The notes under the pieces: model-generated
What the model was told of the DNA's origin: nothing
Seen by the model: only the letters and a program-made list of their open reading frames with translations
Databases searched by the model: none
Shown here: one piece after another, positions 15,617-26,130 of the stretch
Layout of the letters: each line of letters begins with the position of its first letter
Numbering within the stretch: the first letter of the stretch is position 1
Origin: a bacterium
GTDB taxonomy: Bacteria > DRYD01
Direction: 5' to 3'
Length of the DNA: 64,000 nt
Assembly: GCA_030549815.1 (NCBI GenBank)
Contig: JAUQQQ010000001.1
Coordinates: 90,873 to 154,872 of the forward strand
Position numbers and translations under genes: made by a program

Positions 15617-17577
15617 GAGATAAAAGGAAGATAAAAATAGAGGATTTACTATTAATAAAGGAAGTAGGTAATATTTCAATAAGCCCAGATGGTAGAAAAT
15701 GTGTATTTACAGTAAAATCAATCAACAAAGAAAAAAATAAATATTTTTCACACTTGCACATACTTGACTTAAACACGAGAGAATATTTTCAATTTACATA
15801 TGGAGAAGTTTTCGACTCTTTTCCCAAATGGTCAAAAGATGGGAAAAATATTTTTTTTATTAGAAATAAGGAAAACGATATACAAATATGGAAAATAAGA
15901 GTAGATGGAGGAGAAGCACAACAAATAACAAATTTACCCGAAGGTAAAATCGGAGAATTCGACGTTCTTGATAAAATAGTTTTCACTTTTAGACCTAAAG
16001 GAAACGAATGGACTAAAGAAGCAGTAGAAGAAAGAAAAAAAACAGGAAAATCAGATCCACCAAGAATAATAACAAAAATATACTACAAATTAGATGGATA
16101 CGGCTTTTTGGATAACTACCAAAAGTTATGGATAGCAGAAGAAAATGGCAACACTTATCAATTAACAGATGGGGAATACGATGATTATTCACCTGTATTC
16201 ATAGAAAACGGAAATAAAGTTGCATTCTTTTCAAACAGAAGTAATGACCCAGAAAATACTCCTTATCTCGTCGATTTATGGACCATATCAATAGAAGATA
16301 AAAAACTTGAAAAGATAAATACATTTCCTGGGTATAAACACCAACTGTCCTCTTTTAAAGATAAGTTAATATTCGTTGGGTATGAAAGTGAAGAAGATCC
16401 TTGGATACCAAAAAATAACAAATTATGGATGATAGATTTAAGCAATAATAAAATCGAATGTTTGACGAAAAATTTAGATAGGAATGTCGGTAATGTAACT
16501 CTTTCAGATACACGAGAAATAAATGATACTCCTAAATTTAGCAAAGACGGGAAAGAAATATACTTTTTGGTAAGCGATAAAGGTAACTGTCACATTTACA
16601 AATGTAATGTAGAAAATAAAGAAATTTTGCAAGTGACAAAAGGAAGTATCGATATAAGTAGTTTCGACGTAGGTAAAGAATTCTTAGTTTTAAGCATAAA
16701 CACTCCTACTTATCCAACCGAAATATACATTGATAAACTAGAGGAATTTAATTCTTTAGAGAAAATAACAAGTTTCAACAAGTGGATAGAAGAAATTGAT
16801 TTAAGTTATCCTGAAGAGGTATGGTATGATAGTTTTGATGGAGAAAGAATACAGGGGTGGATTTTAAAACCACCTGACTTTGAGGAAACAAAGAAATATC
16901 CTCTTCTTCTTTACATTCATGGGGGGCCACACGCTCAATATGGAAACACTTTCTTTCATGAATTCCATGTTCATAGCGCCAATGGATTTGTAGTTTTTTA
17001 CACCAATCCACGAGGAAGTGAAGGTAGAGAAGAAAAATTTGCATCCATTATCAGAGGAGATTGGGGAAATATAGATTACAAGGATATAATGAGTGGGGTA
17101 GAATTCATCATAAGTAAAGATTTTATAGATAGGGAAAGATTGGTAGTAGCAGGTGGTAGCTACGGAGGATATATGACGAATTGGATTATTGGAAAAACAA
17201 ATATCTTCAAGAGAGCAGTAACGGATAGAAGCGTTGTAGATTTAGTTAGTATGGCATCAACAACAGATTTTCCATTTATGGAAGATGGATATTGGGAAGG
17301 CAATTTTTGGGATAATACAGAGAAACTCGTTTTGCAATCCCCACTTTATTATGCAAGAAATATTGTTACTCCGCTTCTTATAATTCACAGTGAAGGAGAT
17401 TTGAGATGTCCTATTTCACAAGCAGAACAATTATATATAACACTAAAGAGGTTAAAGAAAGAGGTAGTTTTTGTAAGATACCCTGCAAGTACAAGTCATG
17501 GAATGAGTAGGAACGGCCCACCAGATTTAAGAATTGATAGATTACAAAGAATAGTAGAATGGATCAGCAAAGTTTAG
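15613..17577 (+). CDS. S9 family (acylaminoacyl/dipeptidyl) peptidase
   Basis: Propeller repeats (SISPDG, PKWSKDG), IHGGPH, GGSYGG nucleophile, HSEGDLRC, SHG. Confidence 0.93.
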   Translation: MRDKRKIKIEDLLLIKEVGNISISPDGRKCVFTVKSINKEKNKYFSHLHILDLNTREYFQFTYGEVFDSFPKWSKDGKNIFFIRNKENDIQIWKIRVDGGEAQQITNLPEGKIGEFDVLDKIVFTFRPKGNEWTKEAVEERKKTGKSDPPRIITKIYYKLDGYGFLDNYQKLWIAEENGNTYQLTDGEYDDYSPVFIENGNKVAFFSNRSNDPENTPYLVDLWTISIEDKKLEKINTFPGYKHQLSSFKDKLIFVGYESEEDPWIPKNNKLWMIDLSNNKIECLTKNLDRNVGNVTLSDTREINDTPKFSKDGKEIYFLVSDKGNCHIYKCNVENKEILQVTKGSIDISSFDVGKEFLVLSINTPTYPTEIYIDKLEEFNSLEKITSFNKWIEEIDLSYPEEVWYDSFDGERIQGWILKPPDFEETKKYPLLLYIHGGPHAQYGNTFFHEFHVHSANGFVVFYTNPRGSEGREEKFASIIRGDWGNIDYKDIMSGVEFIISKDFIDRERLVVAGGSYGGYMTNWIIGKTNIFKRAVTDRSVVDLVSMASTTDFPFMEDGYWEGNFWDNTEKLVLQSPLYYARNIVTPLLIIHSEGDLRCPISQAEQLYITLKRLKKEVVFVRYPASTSHGMSRNGPPDLRIDRLQRIVEWISKV

Positions 17578-19094
17578 AAAATAAAAGTTTTCTTCAAAAT
17601 AGAATAGTTATTATAATAATAGTAGCATCGTTTTTTCTTATTTTTCTATTATCAACTTACTTTCTTTTTCCCGAAAAACAATCAATAAAAATAGCAGAAT
17701 TAAAAGATGATTTAAGTGATAATTATTTAAACTACATAGATAAGCCATCATGGATGACAAGCCAAGCTTTGAAACTAATAATCCCTCCCTTAATAGATTA
17801 CCAATATGATTGCTATCCAACATCAAAATTATTGAAATCTATACCAACAAAAGATAACAAACAAATGTTTTTAGAGGATGGTAAAACAGTTATAATTTTT
17901 CCCAAAAGCAATTTCATCAACATAGATCCTAACAATATAATTCCAACCATTCAATTACTTAACATGGATAATATTTCTAATAAATGGGTGTATGTTAATT
18001 TAGTAGAAACCATAGACAAAATAGAGATGCTTAACAATGGAGATGTAAAAGTAAAATACAAAACATGTTATTCTTTACCTTATTTTCCATGCCCCGTAAT
18101 ATTTGATAATCCGGAAAAATTTCAGGATCAAATAGTAAATTACACATTTAAAGAAATAAAGAATTTTACGCAATTTCCCAAATACTCTGATTACGTTGTA
18201 AAAAAAGCAGAAACTAACAATTTTATTTTATCTAAAAATAACAAAGAAATTAGATTTATCACCTTTACAAATGTTGAAAAACTAAAAAAAGAAGTAAATA
18301 AATTTGATCTAATAAAGATACCTTCAAATTTGAAGGATTACTTTAGTAAAGGTTTAAGCACAGAATATCAAGTTATAACTTTACCAAACCGAGAAATTTT
18401 CTTCATCTTTTTCAATCCCAATTTATCTAAACAAGAAAGGGTTACGATTTATGAAAAATTGGTTAGTAAAATTTTGAAATATAGCTTGAAAGACTATCAA
18501 ATAAACAAGACATATATTTTGCCTTATCACTTCGCTTGCTTACAACAAGAAGATGAATCAAAGGATAAAGAAAATATAAATACTTCCAAAATAAACAGAA
18601 AAATCAAAGTTTTAATCGCATACAAAGATGAGAAAAGTAAGTTATTTTCAAATCTTCTGGAAGATATAATAACAAAGGACTTACAAGCAGAAGTATTAAA
18701 GGCAAATATAGAAAGGGATTTACCAAAGAAAGAGATATTTGGTGGTTTAATAGAGCCCCCAGAGCCTTCAATAAAAGATTCTGTAAATCCACTAAACTTC
18801 GATTTTATTATTACAAGTATAACTTTCCTACCTTATATGGATTATTACTCTGTTTATTCAAAAAACGGTAAATATAATGTTTACAGTGTTTCAAATAAAA
18901 AGATAGAGGAGCTAATTGATAATATCATGCAAGGTCTTTCATTTGAACAAAAAGATTTACTGATAGAGTTACAAAAAGAGCTAAATGATGAGTTTTTAAT
19001 AGTTCCGTTTGCCATAGATACCCAAAGTTTTATAATAAAAAAGGATAAGATGAATGTTTTAAAAATCAATAGTTTAGGTATCAATTTTGATTAG
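17559..19094 (+). CDS. Membrane-anchored ABC-type (family 5-like) substrate-binding protein, divergent
   Basis: N-terminal TM helix; C-terminal YSKNGKYNVYSVSNKKIEELI...LQKELNDEFLIVP resembles SBP_bac_5 ends. Confidence 0.5.
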   Translation: MDQQSLENKSFLQNRIVIIIIVASFFLIFLLSTYFLFPEKQSIKIAELKDDLSDNYLNYIDKPSWMTSQALKLIIPPLIDYQYDCYPTSKLLKSIPTKDNKQMFLEDGKTVIIFPKSNFINIDPNNIIPTIQLLNMDNISNKWVYVNLVETIDKIEMLNNGDVKVKYKTCYSLPYFPCPVIFDNPEKFQDQIVNYTFKEIKNFTQFPKYSDYVVKKAETNNFILSKNNKEIRFITFTNVEKLKKEVNKFDLIKIPSNLKDYFSKGLSTEYQVITLPNREIFFIFFNPNLSKQERVTIYEKLVSKILKYSLKDYQINKTYILPYHFACLQQEDESKDKENINTSKINRKIKVLIAYKDEKSKLFSNLLEDIITKDLQAEVLKANIERDLPKKEIFGGLIEPPEPSIKDSVNPLNFDFIITSITFLPYMDYYSVYSKNGKYNVYSVSNKKIEELIDNIMQGLSFEQKDLLIELQKELNDEFLIVPFAIDTQSFIIKKDKMNVLKINSLGINFD

Positions 19095-19100
19095 GGTTTA

Positions 19101-20153
19101 ATGATTTACATTTGCCCAAGAGCTTCCAATTGCTTGCTAAAAATTGTAAAACAATTAGAAAAGTTTGAAAGAATTACAATATATTTTCCTGCAAATATCT
19201 GCTATACCTTCCCATTAAGTGTAATTTATTCAGAAGCAAAGATAAAATTTTATGATATAGATTTTGAAACGCTTTACCCTGATTTTAAAACAGTAGAAAA
19301 AGATAACAATTTTCCCATTTTTGTTTGTGTTATTCCTTATGGTGATTGGGATAAAGAGGAAGTAGAAAAAATTAGGGAAAAAATAAGGATGTTTTGGCAA
19401 GACAAAGTTTTCATATTATGGGATTGTGCATTAACATTTCCTACTTATGAAGTATTAGATTACGTTTTGGTGAATATTAAGGAGAGTGAAGGTTTTGTAT
19501 TTAGTTTTTCTTATGCTAAACCATTAGAGTTAGGTTTTGGCGCTGCTCTATTTACAAAAATGAAAATAGAACATAAATTTCCTTTTTGTATTAGTAAAGA
19601 TGAATCTTCCTTTTTGGTCAATAGAGTAGATAAAATTTTCAAAACTTATTTAAATTTACAAAAAGTTAGTCTCAAAAATCAATCTTTCCTGTGTTATAAT
19701 TCTGAACTACATAAAAATGATATTAATTACATAGATAAAATAGTTGAAAAAATTTTAAATAAAGAAGATTTTGAGGTAACACTTAGAAATGGGCAAAAAC
19801 TTACGTTCTTTGAAATAATGGAAAAAAAGAAAGCTAATAACAAATATTTCAGGGAAAATATAGGTTTATCAACAAAATCCAAAATAAAAATTTTAAGCAG
19901 AAGTGATCTTTGTTGGAGATTTAACATAAGAGTAGATGAGGGAGTAAGAGATAGGATAATTGAAAGAATATTTTTGAATGGTGCCTTTGCAAGCAGGCTT
20001 TTCCCCAATTTAACAAGATATTTAAAAACTTCTTCCAAATTTCCCAATACTTCCAAACATTGGAAACACGTAATAAACATTTTTAATAACCAAAATGAGG
20101 ATTACAATAAAAAAATAATAAAATCGATAGAAGAAATGAAGGAAATCTTATAA
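19101..20153 (+). CDS. DegT/DnrJ/EryC1/StrS-like PLP-dependent aminotransferase, divergent
   Basis: PANICYT, FYDID, ILWDCA, FSFSYAKPLELGFGAAL (PLP Lys), WRFNI. Confidence 0.6.
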   Translation: MIYICPRASNCLLKIVKQLEKFERITIYFPANICYTFPLSVIYSEAKIKFYDIDFETLYPDFKTVEKDNNFPIFVCVIPYGDWDKEEVEKIREKIRMFWQDKVFILWDCALTFPTYEVLDYVLVNIKESEGFVFSFSYAKPLELGFGAALFTKMKIEHKFPFCISKDESSFLVNRVDKIFKTYLNLQKVSLKNQSFLCYNSELHKNDINYIDKIVEKILNKEDFEVTLRNGQKLTFFEIMEKKKANNKYFRENIGLSTKSKIKILSRSDLCWRFNIRVDEGVRDRIIERIFLNGAFASRLFPNLTRYLKTSSKFPNTSKHWKHVINIFNNQNEDYNKKIIKSIEEMKEIL

Positions 20154-20171
20154 AAAATATTGAAATAAAAA

Positions 20172-21380
20172 ATGGTTATGAGTAAAGTAAATAATGTTAA
20201 TAACGCTATTAATTCAACAAAAATTGGTGGAAATCTAAACGTTCAAACAGAGGTAAATTTTCCGAAAGATAAAATCTTGAATGCCCAACTTTTGGAAAGA
20301 AAACCAAACGGTGAAGCAATGATAAGAATAGGTAATCATAACGTCAAAGCTAAAATGCCAAATAATGTATATATCAGACCAGGTGATAGTTTTAGATTAC
20401 AAGTTATAGGGAAAGAAAATGATATATGGAATTTCAGGTTCATATCAATAAATCGCTCTTCTATATTCTACAAAATTTCCCCGGATATTGTTAATTCTCA
20501 TTTACTTAGTTTAAAATTGCCGGTCACTGACAATTCAGTGGAAATAGCAAAAGCTTTGTTTAAATATAATCTTCCTTTAAACGCAGAGAATTATAAATCA
20601 CTTTTGCCTTTTGCTTCCACGAATTCTAAAGTATTCTTAGAATCTGCAGCTTTTCTTAAATCAATGAACATACCTTTAAATAATTATAACGTCAAAATAA
20701 TCGCAGAATTCCTTAACAACAATCAATTTTTAGCCAATATACTCTACTCAATACATTCTTATTTAACTTTAAACCAAACCAATGCTAATCCCGTTGTTTT
20801 AGGTATAATTCAAACATTGGTATCCAACATACTAAAAGGACAAGATAAGAAAGACAGTGAAAGAATAAGAAACTTAAATGAAATAACATCAAAAAATTTA
20901 AAAGGATTGATATCCAGGATAGACAAGGCAGTATCAATGTTACAAGATAGCCCATTGAAAAATAATTTAGAAAAATTAGGATTTATTTTGAAAGGTATGG
21001 GAATAATAAACGGCAGTTTAAATGAGGAGAAAGTTTTCTTTAATATAGTTCCTGCTATTATAAACGGATATCCGACAACTGTAGAAATGAAAATATTTTA
21101 TTATGTTGATAAAGAGTTGAAGACAATAGAAAGGAATAGATTTAGTTTTGAGATAACGGTAAATGCTCCTAAAATTGGCCCTGTTACAATTTCTGCCTCT
21201 GTTGTTGAAAATAATGTATCGGCACATATAAAAAAATCTTTGTTACCAGAAGAAATATTTGTAAATAAAAAAGAAACATTAGAAAAGTTAGTAAAAGAAG
21301 CAGGATATAATTTAGGGAATCTAATAGTAAAATATGTTTATGATCCTTACATTGATGAAGGTGTCAATTTTATAACTTAA
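20172..21380 (+). CDS. FliK-like (flagellar hook-length control) domain protein
   Basis: N-terminal beta domain, L..LKLPVT..AKALFKYNLPL repeats, C-terminal KIGPVTI...LEKLVKEAGY similar to the FliK C-domain. Confidence 0.5.
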   Translation: MVMSKVNNVNNAINSTKIGGNLNVQTEVNFPKDKILNAQLLERKPNGEAMIRIGNHNVKAKMPNNVYIRPGDSFRLQVIGKENDIWNFRFISINRSSIFYKISPDIVNSHLLSLKLPVTDNSVEIAKALFKYNLPLNAENYKSLLPFASTNSKVFLESAAFLKSMNIPLNNYNVKIIAEFLNNNQFLANILYSIHSYLTLNQTNANPVVLGIIQTLVSNILKGQDKKDSERIRNLNEITSKNLKGLISRIDKAVSMLQDSPLKNNLEKLGFILKGMGIINGSLNEEKVFFNIVPAIINGYPTTVEMKIFYYVDKELKTIERNRFSFEITVNAPKIGPVTISASVVENNVSAHIKKSLLPEEIFVNKKETLEKLVKEAGYNLGNLIVKYVYDPYIDEGVNFIT

Positions 21381-21592
21381 TATAGTTTTAGTAAACTACC
21401 AACTATCTGGAAGTAGATGATGGTATAGTCCTTGTTTTTAGAATCTCTTTTGACAGCGTTATATGTAGCTTTCTTTAGCTTTATCATCTGCCAGTTGTGC
21501 CTTATAATATCCTGATTTTTATTAATTGTAGATGATTCTGATTTAATTAAAAATAAGGAGGTTGAAATAAGAAAAAAGATAATAGTTATAAT

Positions 21593-23659
21593 ATGAGAAA
21601 ATATTTAATAATTTTGATTGCTTTGTTATTAATATTAACCTGTAAAACAGCTTTTTCCAAAAACTTACATAATCCTCATAGGTTAATAGCAAATGATACA
21701 AAACAAAGTGAAATAAAAAATGAAATATACCAAAATTCAAATAATCGAGAAAAAGAACAAACAAATAAAGAAATTTATGAAATAGCAGTAGAAAAAATTA
21801 TTATTAAGGGTAATAAAAATATACCAACAAGCACAATATTAGAAAACATCAACATAAAAGAAAATACAAAAATAAGCGTAGAAGAAATAAAAAATGCAAT
21901 CAATAGGATCTACGAAACTGGCTATTTTTCAGATATCGAAGTAAATTTTGAACCAGTAGATAAAGAAAAAGTCAATTTAGTTTTTTATCTTTTAGAAAAT
22001 CCTCAAGTTAAAACAATCCAATTCATCGGTAACAAAATACTTTCATCTCTCGATTTAATTGAAATAATAAACACAAGACCCGGTAAGGTTCTAAACTATA
22101 ATGTCATAAGAGAAGACATTATTTTAATCAACGAAGAATACAATAAATTAGGGTTTGTTGGTGTTAAAAATCACGTATCAGATTTACAAATAAAAGATGA
22201 TGGAACACTAATATTTTACATTCAAGAAGCATTCTACCCTAAAAAAATAAACATAATCGGCAATAAAGTGATAAAAACAGAAAAACTACAAAAATTAGTA
22301 GAAATTAAACCTAATGAACCATTAAAGAAAGAACAATTAGAAAACACTCTTAACAAGATATATGAATACTACCAAGAAGAAGGATATATGTTAGCAGATA
22401 TTAGATCAGACATAGATTATGAAAATAATATATTAAATATAGAAATCTTTGAGGCAATATTAGAAGATATAGAAGTTGAAGGAAATACAAAAACCAAAAA
22501 ATATGTTATTGAAAAAATGTTAGAATTAGAAAAAGGTAAAGTAATAAATTCATACAAGTTAAAGAGAGCACTTAGGAAAATGCAATTGGGAGGATACTTT
22601 AAAAATGTTGAGCCTGATTTTAGAGGAGGAAGTGAACCTGGTAAAGTCATACTCGTTATCAAAGTAGAAGAACAACAAACAGGACAATTAGTCCTGGGAG
22701 TCGGCTTCGGAGGACTACCTGGAAGCAATCGAGGAGGATTGGCAGGAAGTTTATCAGTGTCAGAAATAAACTACAAAGGCAAAGGACAACAAATATACAC
22801 AAGCTGGGAAAGAGGTACTTTAATAAATAGCATATCACTATCTTTTTCGGATCCTTATACTTTACCAAACAATAGATTTTATGGGTTTAATATACAATCT
22901 ACTGAATTGTTCCAACAAAGAGCCCTTGTTAATACAAATCCTCAAACTATTGCTTTATACAAAGATTATAGAAGAAACTATGGTTTCTTTTTTGGTAAAA
23001 GATTAATAGATAGAAACATGACTTACAACTTTAATCTTTCATTTTTAACTTTTAAAACATCTCCTACTCCAACACAGGAAAATCCTTACGTTTTACCATC
23101 AACAAAAGGTGATTATATTTCGTTAGGTACCTCTTTAACAAAAGATAACAGAGATGATGAATTTTATCCAACAAGAGGAGTATTATATACCTTATCAACA
23201 GACCATGCAATAAAAAACCAAGGAAATTTAAGTAGTTTTTCAAGAATTTCAGGAGAATACAGGAAATACTTCAATTTCAAAAAAGAAAGAGTATTGGCTA
23301 TAAGGGGATTTTTTGGTTTAGCAACAGATAAAACGCCTTTTGTATATCAATATACCTTGGGAGGATCAGATACATTGAGAGGATATGATTTCAATAGATT
23401 CATAGGAAATAAAGCATTCCTTATAAACTTAGAATATAGATTTCCAATAAGTAAGAAGTTAGAAAACTTCTATGGAGCAGCATTTATAGATTGGGGAGGA
23501 GCATTCTTACCAAACCAAAAAATAAGCTTAGATAAAATGGGATTTAATTACGGTGTTGGTATAAGATTCATACTACCTCAAATCGGTTCTATAAGATTAG
23601 ATTACGCTATATCCAATGAAAAATCAAAAATATCAGTCGGTATAGGACAAATGTTCTAA
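21593..23659 (+). CDS. bamA: Outer membrane protein assembly factor BamA/Omp85 family
   Basis: Signal peptide, POTRA repeats (IKGNKNI, FIGNKIL, VEGNTKT), LGGSDTLRGY, IRLDYA, terminal Phe. Confidence 0.9.
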   Translation: MRKYLIILIALLLILTCKTAFSKNLHNPHRLIANDTKQSEIKNEIYQNSNNREKEQTNKEIYEIAVEKIIIKGNKNIPTSTILENINIKENTKISVEEIKNAINRIYETGYFSDIEVNFEPVDKEKVNLVFYLLENPQVKTIQFIGNKILSSLDLIEIINTRPGKVLNYNVIREDIILINEEYNKLGFVGVKNHVSDLQIKDDGTLIFYIQEAFYPKKINIIGNKVIKTEKLQKLVEIKPNEPLKKEQLENTLNKIYEYYQEEGYMLADIRSDIDYENNILNIEIFEAILEDIEVEGNTKTKKYVIEKMLELEKGKVINSYKLKRALRKMQLGGYFKNVEPDFRGGSEPGKVILVIKVEEQQTGQLVLGVGFGGLPGSNRGGLAGSLSVSEINYKGKGQQIYTSWERGTLINSISLSFSDPYTLPNNRFYGFNIQSTELFQQRALVNTNPQTIALYKDYRRNYGFFFGKRLIDRNMTYNFNLSFLTFKTSPTPTQENPYVLPSTKGDYISLGTSLTKDNRDDEFYPTRGVLYTLSTDHAIKNQGNLSSFSRISGEYRKYFNFKKERVLAIRGFFGLATDKTPFVYQYTLGGSDTLRGYDFNRFIGNKAFLINLEYRFPISKKLENFYGAAFIDWGGAFLPNQKISLDKMGFNYGVGIRFILPQIGSIRLDYAISNEKSKISVGIGQMF

Positions 23660-23671
23660 ATTAAGGTAATA

Positions 23672-24493
23672 ATGAATGTAAAAATTCTTCGCTTTAAAAT
23701 AGAACCTTACTTTTTTACAAAAAAGCTTATATCTTTTTTTATCCTCGAAGGCTCAAAAAATTTAGAAATAATAGAAATCAGTCCAAATTATGTAATCTTT
23801 CAATGTGAATTGTTTATAAGAGATACAAAAGAGATAATAGATAGATTCAAGAAAAATTTTCCGACCATAGAATTAGTATCAGAAAAAGAATTATCTATGG
23901 AAGAGTGGAAAAGATTAAGATTATCTAAGTTAGAAGTAGGTAAGTTCAAGTTTAAACCAATATTCGAAAAACAAGAAAATGAAGAACGTTTTATTTATTT
24001 GGATACTCTTTTTGGGGCATTCGGTATAGATAACCACCCAACAACAATCATTTGTTTAGAATTTATAGATAGAATAGAAAAAAATTACGAAACAGCTGTA
24101 GATTTCGGCGCTGGTAATGGTATCCTCTCTTTAGCTTTATCTATGATCAATATAAAAAAAATAATAGCAATAGATATATTCTTCAATTACTGCTTGGAAA
24201 TAAGGCAAAATTGTAAAATAAACAAAATAAGTAATATTTTTATACTCAATGGTAATTCGATGAAAATCGTAAAGGAGGTCGACCTTTTAGTTTCAAACGT
24301 CCCTTTATCTGCCTTTAAAGATAAAAATAATAGCATACTACAAAGCAAATTCAAAGAATGTATTCTTTCTGGCGTAAAAATAGAAAATAAAGATGAATTT
24401 TTAGAGATTATAAAAACTAACCAAATAGAAATAAAAGAATTTGCAGAAAAAGAAGGGTGGTTAGGAATAAAGGGAGTAAAAACTTTGTCATAG
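23672..24493 (+). CDS. prmA: Ribosomal protein L11 methyltransferase-like
   Basis: AFGIDNHPTTIICL, DFGAGNGILS, ILSG, EGW. Confidence 0.75.
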   Translation: MNVKILRFKIEPYFFTKKLISFFILEGSKNLEIIEISPNYVIFQCELFIRDTKEIIDRFKKNFPTIELVSEKELSMEEWKRLRLSKLEVGKFKFKPIFEKQENEERFIYLDTLFGAFGIDNHPTTIICLEFIDRIEKNYETAVDFGAGNGILSLALSMINIKKIIAIDIFFNYCLEIRQNCKINKISNIFILNGNSMKIVKEVDLLVSNVPLSAFKDKNNSILQSKFKECILSGVKIENKDEFLEIIKTNQIEIKEFAEKEGWLGIKGVKTLS

Positions 24494-24560
24494 TTAGTAA
24501 AAAATTAAACAAAGATAGTTTAAACAGGTTAAACTTTGATTTTGTAGTAATTTATATATT

Positions 24561-25835
24561 ATGGTAGAAAGGCCAAAAGGAACAAACGATTACATCCACC
24601 CAGAAAGTAGTTTAAGAAAAATAATCGTAGAAAAAATATCCAACTTTTTTGAAATCTTAGGTTACAAACCTATAGAAACTCCCATTTTTGAAAGTGTAGA
24701 TCTTTTCAAGAGATCGGCTGGGGTGGTTAGTGATATCGTTAGTAAAGAAATGTATGAATTCCAGGATAAGAAGGGAAGACATTTAGCATTAAGGCCTGAA
24801 ATAACAGCACCAGTTGTAAGAGCAATCATCCAAAACAATTTGCTCCAACAACAAATTATAAAACTCTATTATGTAGGAAGTATATTCAGGTATGAGAAAC
24901 CTCAAAAGGATAGATACAGACAAGCCACGCAATTTGGAGTAGAATATCTCGGAATAGAAAATTATATTGCAGATTTTGAGCTTATTTTCTCAATCTATAA
25001 ACTATACCAGTCATTCAATTTAGATGTAGAAATTCATGTAAACAGCATAGGTTGTAAGGATTGCCGTCCTCAATACAGACAAAAACTTTATGAATACTTT
25101 TCCAAGCACAAAGAAAATTTATGTAATGACTGCCAGAGGAGATTAGAAGAAAATCCATTAAGAATCTTAGATTGCAAAAACCCTAATTGTAAACTAATCT
25201 CAAAAGAAGCACCAAAATCTATAGAATACCTTTGTCAAAATTGTGATAAACACCACAAAGAATTAACTAATATTTTGAAATTTTATAATGTACCACTAAT
25301 AGAAAACCATTATTTAGTTAGAGGCTTGGATTATTATAATAGGACAGTTTTTGAAGTTAAATTTGAAGGTGTTGATTTAGCAGGTGGGGGTAGATACGAT
25401 TACTTGGTTAATCAGATAAGTGAAGGTAAATACGATATGCCAGCTATAGGATTTGCAGGTGGCCTTGAAAGATTAACCAATATACTAAAAGAAAAACAAA
25501 ACATCAACAAATTTTTAGGTGAAAACATCAAGATTAACCTGGTTTCCCTAACAAATGAAGCAGATAAAATAATAACAGGTATATATACAAGAATAATTAA
25601 TAAAATAGCTGGCAAGAAAAATTCAATAGAAGTAAACTTGATGAAATTTGAAAAATTGTCAAAAGCTCTGAAAATTGCCGATAAAATGAAAGCAAATTAT
25701 ACCTTGTTTATGGGAGAAGAAGAAATAAAAGAAGATGAAATAACGATAAAAAATATGGAAACAGGAAAACAAGAAAAAATAAAAGTAGAAAACTTCATGA
25801 TAAAATTTTTCGAAGAAATAATTAATATTGAATAA
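24561..25835 (+). CDS. hisS: Histidyl-tRNA synthetase
   Basis: RPKGTND, KEMYEF, LRPEITA, FRYEKPQ, LVRGLDYYNRTVFE, GGGRYD, GLERL. Confidence 0.97.
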   Translation: MVERPKGTNDYIHPESSLRKIIVEKISNFFEILGYKPIETPIFESVDLFKRSAGVVSDIVSKEMYEFQDKKGRHLALRPEITAPVVRAIIQNNLLQQQIIKLYYVGSIFRYEKPQKDRYRQATQFGVEYLGIENYIADFELIFSIYKLYQSFNLDVEIHVNSIGCKDCRPQYRQKLYEYFSKHKENLCNDCQRRLEENPLRILDCKNPNCKLISKEAPKSIEYLCQNCDKHHKELTNILKFYNVPLIENHYLVRGLDYYNRTVFEVKFEGVDLAGGGRYDYLVNQISEGKYDMPAIGFAGGLERLTNILKEKQNINKFLGENIKINLVSLTNEADKIITGIYTRIINKIAGKKNSIEVNLMKFEKLSKALKIADKMKANYTLFMGEEEIKEDEITIKNMETGKQEKIKVENFMIKFFEEIINIE

Positions 25836-26079
25836 TTATCTTTAACATATGGAAAAATTCTTTTTAATATATTAATATTTAGAAATAACAAATCTTCAAC
25901 CTACTTCCACTAGATTTAAACTCTTTCTGAACCCCAAAAAATTATTTTTAAATGAAAATCTTCAAAATCTTTTCAGAATATTCAGAGCATTCATATTTTC
26001 TTCTATCTTTACTTGAACAAGGATAGACCTTCCAAAATCGGATCCTAAAAATTTTTTAAAGTAAGAATTTCTACTACAA

Positions 26080-26130
26080 GAAAAATTTAACGAGAATTTA
26101 AGGAGAATTTAGGAAAAATTTAAGAAAAAT
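26080..26130. repeat. Degenerate 11-bp tandem repeat (~4.6 units)
   Basis: GAAAAATTTAA/CGAGAATTTAA/GGAGAATTTAG/GAAAAATTTAA/GAAAAAT. Confidence 0.6.

Noticed and set aside
21377..21543. ~55-codon open frame on the minus strand between the FliK-like gene and bamA
   Set aside because: No convincing start/RBS or recognisable motif; it may be chance or an unidentifiable remnant.
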